NCBI GenBank assembly: GCA_036782755.1
Contig: DAIPYL010000006.1
Location: forward strand, 1-48,395
DNA: 48,395 nt
Reading direction: 5' to 3'
DNA from: Jeotgalicoccus sp.
Lineage (GTDB): Bacteria; Bacillota; Bacilli; Staphylococcales; Salinicoccaceae
Shown here: positions 47,265 to 48,395 of the stretch, one piece after another
Numbering within the stretch: the first letter of the stretch is position 1
Layout of the letters: every line of letters begins with the position of its first letter
Made by a program: the position numbers and the translations under genes
The notes under the pieces: model-generated
What the model saw: only the letters and a program-made list of their open reading frames with translations
What the model was told of the DNA's origin: nothing
The model's database searches: none

Positions 47265-48296
47265 ATGATTAAACCCGGTAAATTACAGCGCGGTGATACG
47301 GTTGCACTCATCTCATTATCGAGTGGACTCGCAGGAGAAGAAGATATACGATGGAGAACTGAACAGGGAATCGAACGGCTGGAAAATGTTTTCGGCTTAA
47401 AAGTGAAAGTAATGCCCCATGCTTTGAAGGGCCTTGATTACGTTTATAACCACCCTGAGAAAAGGGCTGAGGATTTAAATGACGCTTTAAGAGATGATTC
47501 TGTTAAGGCCATCATCTGTGCAATCGGCGGCAATGAAACTGTACGTATTCTGCCATTTATAGACACTGAGGCACTTAAAAATAATCCAAAGATATTCACA
47601 GGTTATTCCGATACTACAACGAATCATCTATTCTTTTACAAATATGGCATATCGACTAGTTACGGTCCTGCTCTGTTAACCGATTTTGCTGAGAATATCG
47701 CAATGGATGACTATACTGTCGATTCAATTAAAAAAACATGGTTTTCAGCGGAACCTATAGGCGAGATTAATACCTCTCCGCATATTAGAAAAATCGGGCT
47801 CAGCTGGAATGTTAAAAATAAAAATACCGAACGTCCAAAAGACAATAATCCTGGCTATGAAAGCATCGGAGGTTCTGGTAAAGGCCGCGGACATTTAATC
47901 GGCGGCTGCCTGGAAGTCTTTAACAATTTGCGCGGCACTAAGTATTTTCCTGAATTAAATAATTTTAAAAATGCCATACTGTTCTTTGAAACATCTGAAT
48001 GTTATCTCGACCCCGAAATATTTGAAGATTATTTGCGCGCTATGTCTGTTATCGGCATATTTAAACATATAAACGGTATTGTTATCGGTCGCCCTCAGGA
48101 TGGACGATATTATACTGAATACAAAGAGGCATGGCGGCGTATACTCACTGAAACTGGACGAAGTGACCTGCCGGTGCTGTATAACGCAAGCTTTGGTCAC
48201 AATGAACCGAAATGCATTATTCCATATGGTCTCGAGGCTGAAATAGATACTGACAATCTCACCTTTAAAATATTAGAAAGCGCCGTGACAAACTAA
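47265..48296 (+). CDS. S66 peptidase (LD-carboxypeptidase/MccF-like)
   Basis: GYSD.T (Ser), GGC.E, FETSE (Glu), FGH (His). Confidence 0.9.
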   Translation: MIKPGKLQRGDTVALISLSSGLAGEEDIRWRTEQGIERLENVFGLKVKVMPHALKGLDYVYNHPEKRAEDLNDALRDDSVKAIICAIGGNETVRILPFIDTEALKNNPKIFTGYSDTTTNHLFFYKYGISTSYGPALLTDFAENIAMDDYTVDSIKKTWFSAEPIGEINTSPHIRKIGLSWNVKNKNTERPKDNNPGYESIGGSGKGRGHLIGGCLEVFNNLRGTKYFPELNNFKNAILFFETSECYLDPEIFEDYLRAMSVIGIFKHINGIVIGRPQDGRYYTEYKEAWRRILTETGRSDLPVLYNASFGHNEPKCIIPYGLEAEIDTDNLTFKILESAVTN

Positions 48297-48326
48297 AAAT
48301 CCGAAGAGATATCTCTTCGGATTTTT
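48295..48326. terminator. Bidirectional terminator
   Basis: AAAAATCCGAAGAGATATCTCTTCGGATTTTT. Confidence 0.8.
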
Positions 48327-48395
48327 CACATTAAATACGATAAAAATGCTGTTGCAATTCCAAAATAAATTAACAGTGACAATATATCATTAATG
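48326..48395 (-). CDS. mgtE: 3' end of magnesium transporter MgtE (partial; not in the ORF track)
   Basis: Hand translation INDILSLLIYFGIATAFLSYLM* resembles the last MgtE helix with its Mg-binding Asp. Confidence 0.75.
   Translation of the reverse strand, partial: INDILSLLIYFGIATAFLSYLM

Noticed and set aside
47265..48296. Microcin C immunity gene marking a biosynthetic cluster
   Set aside because: No mccA/mccB-like genes are nearby, and stand-alone S66 peptidases are common.

Overview
Chromosomal region of a low-GC Firmicute, most likely Staphylococcaceae (Jeotgalicoccus/Salinicoccus-like, inferred from protein similarity and acidic lipoproteins). I saw no mobile element, prophage, rRNA/tRNA gene or CRISPR array. 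Main contents in order: his operon (hisZGDCBAF-IE) with a divergent TrpR-like HisR/YerC and two operators; acyltransferase; PepSY lipoprotein; class III fbp; SDR; two paralogous membrane proteins of unknown function; AKR; Opu-type ABC transporter; ALDH; YfcC transporter; hssRS-hrtBA; hmp; a LysR / YxjH-like methionine synthase / AAHS MFS divergon; CDF; DUF368; TauE; fructosamine kinase; CHAP protein; Fur-boxed fhuCBG-D; an Flp(Crp/Fnr) / P1B-ATPase / HMA module with two FNR boxes; tdk; dpaL; S66 peptidase; and the 3' end of mgtE. Top finding: hisH is missing from its usual slot between hisB and hisA. HisF keeps its catalytic aspartates but carries substitutions at ammonia-gate and HisH-interface residues, which suggests a glutaminase-independent, free-ammonia IGP synthase. 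All family assignments come from motif recognition, not database searches.
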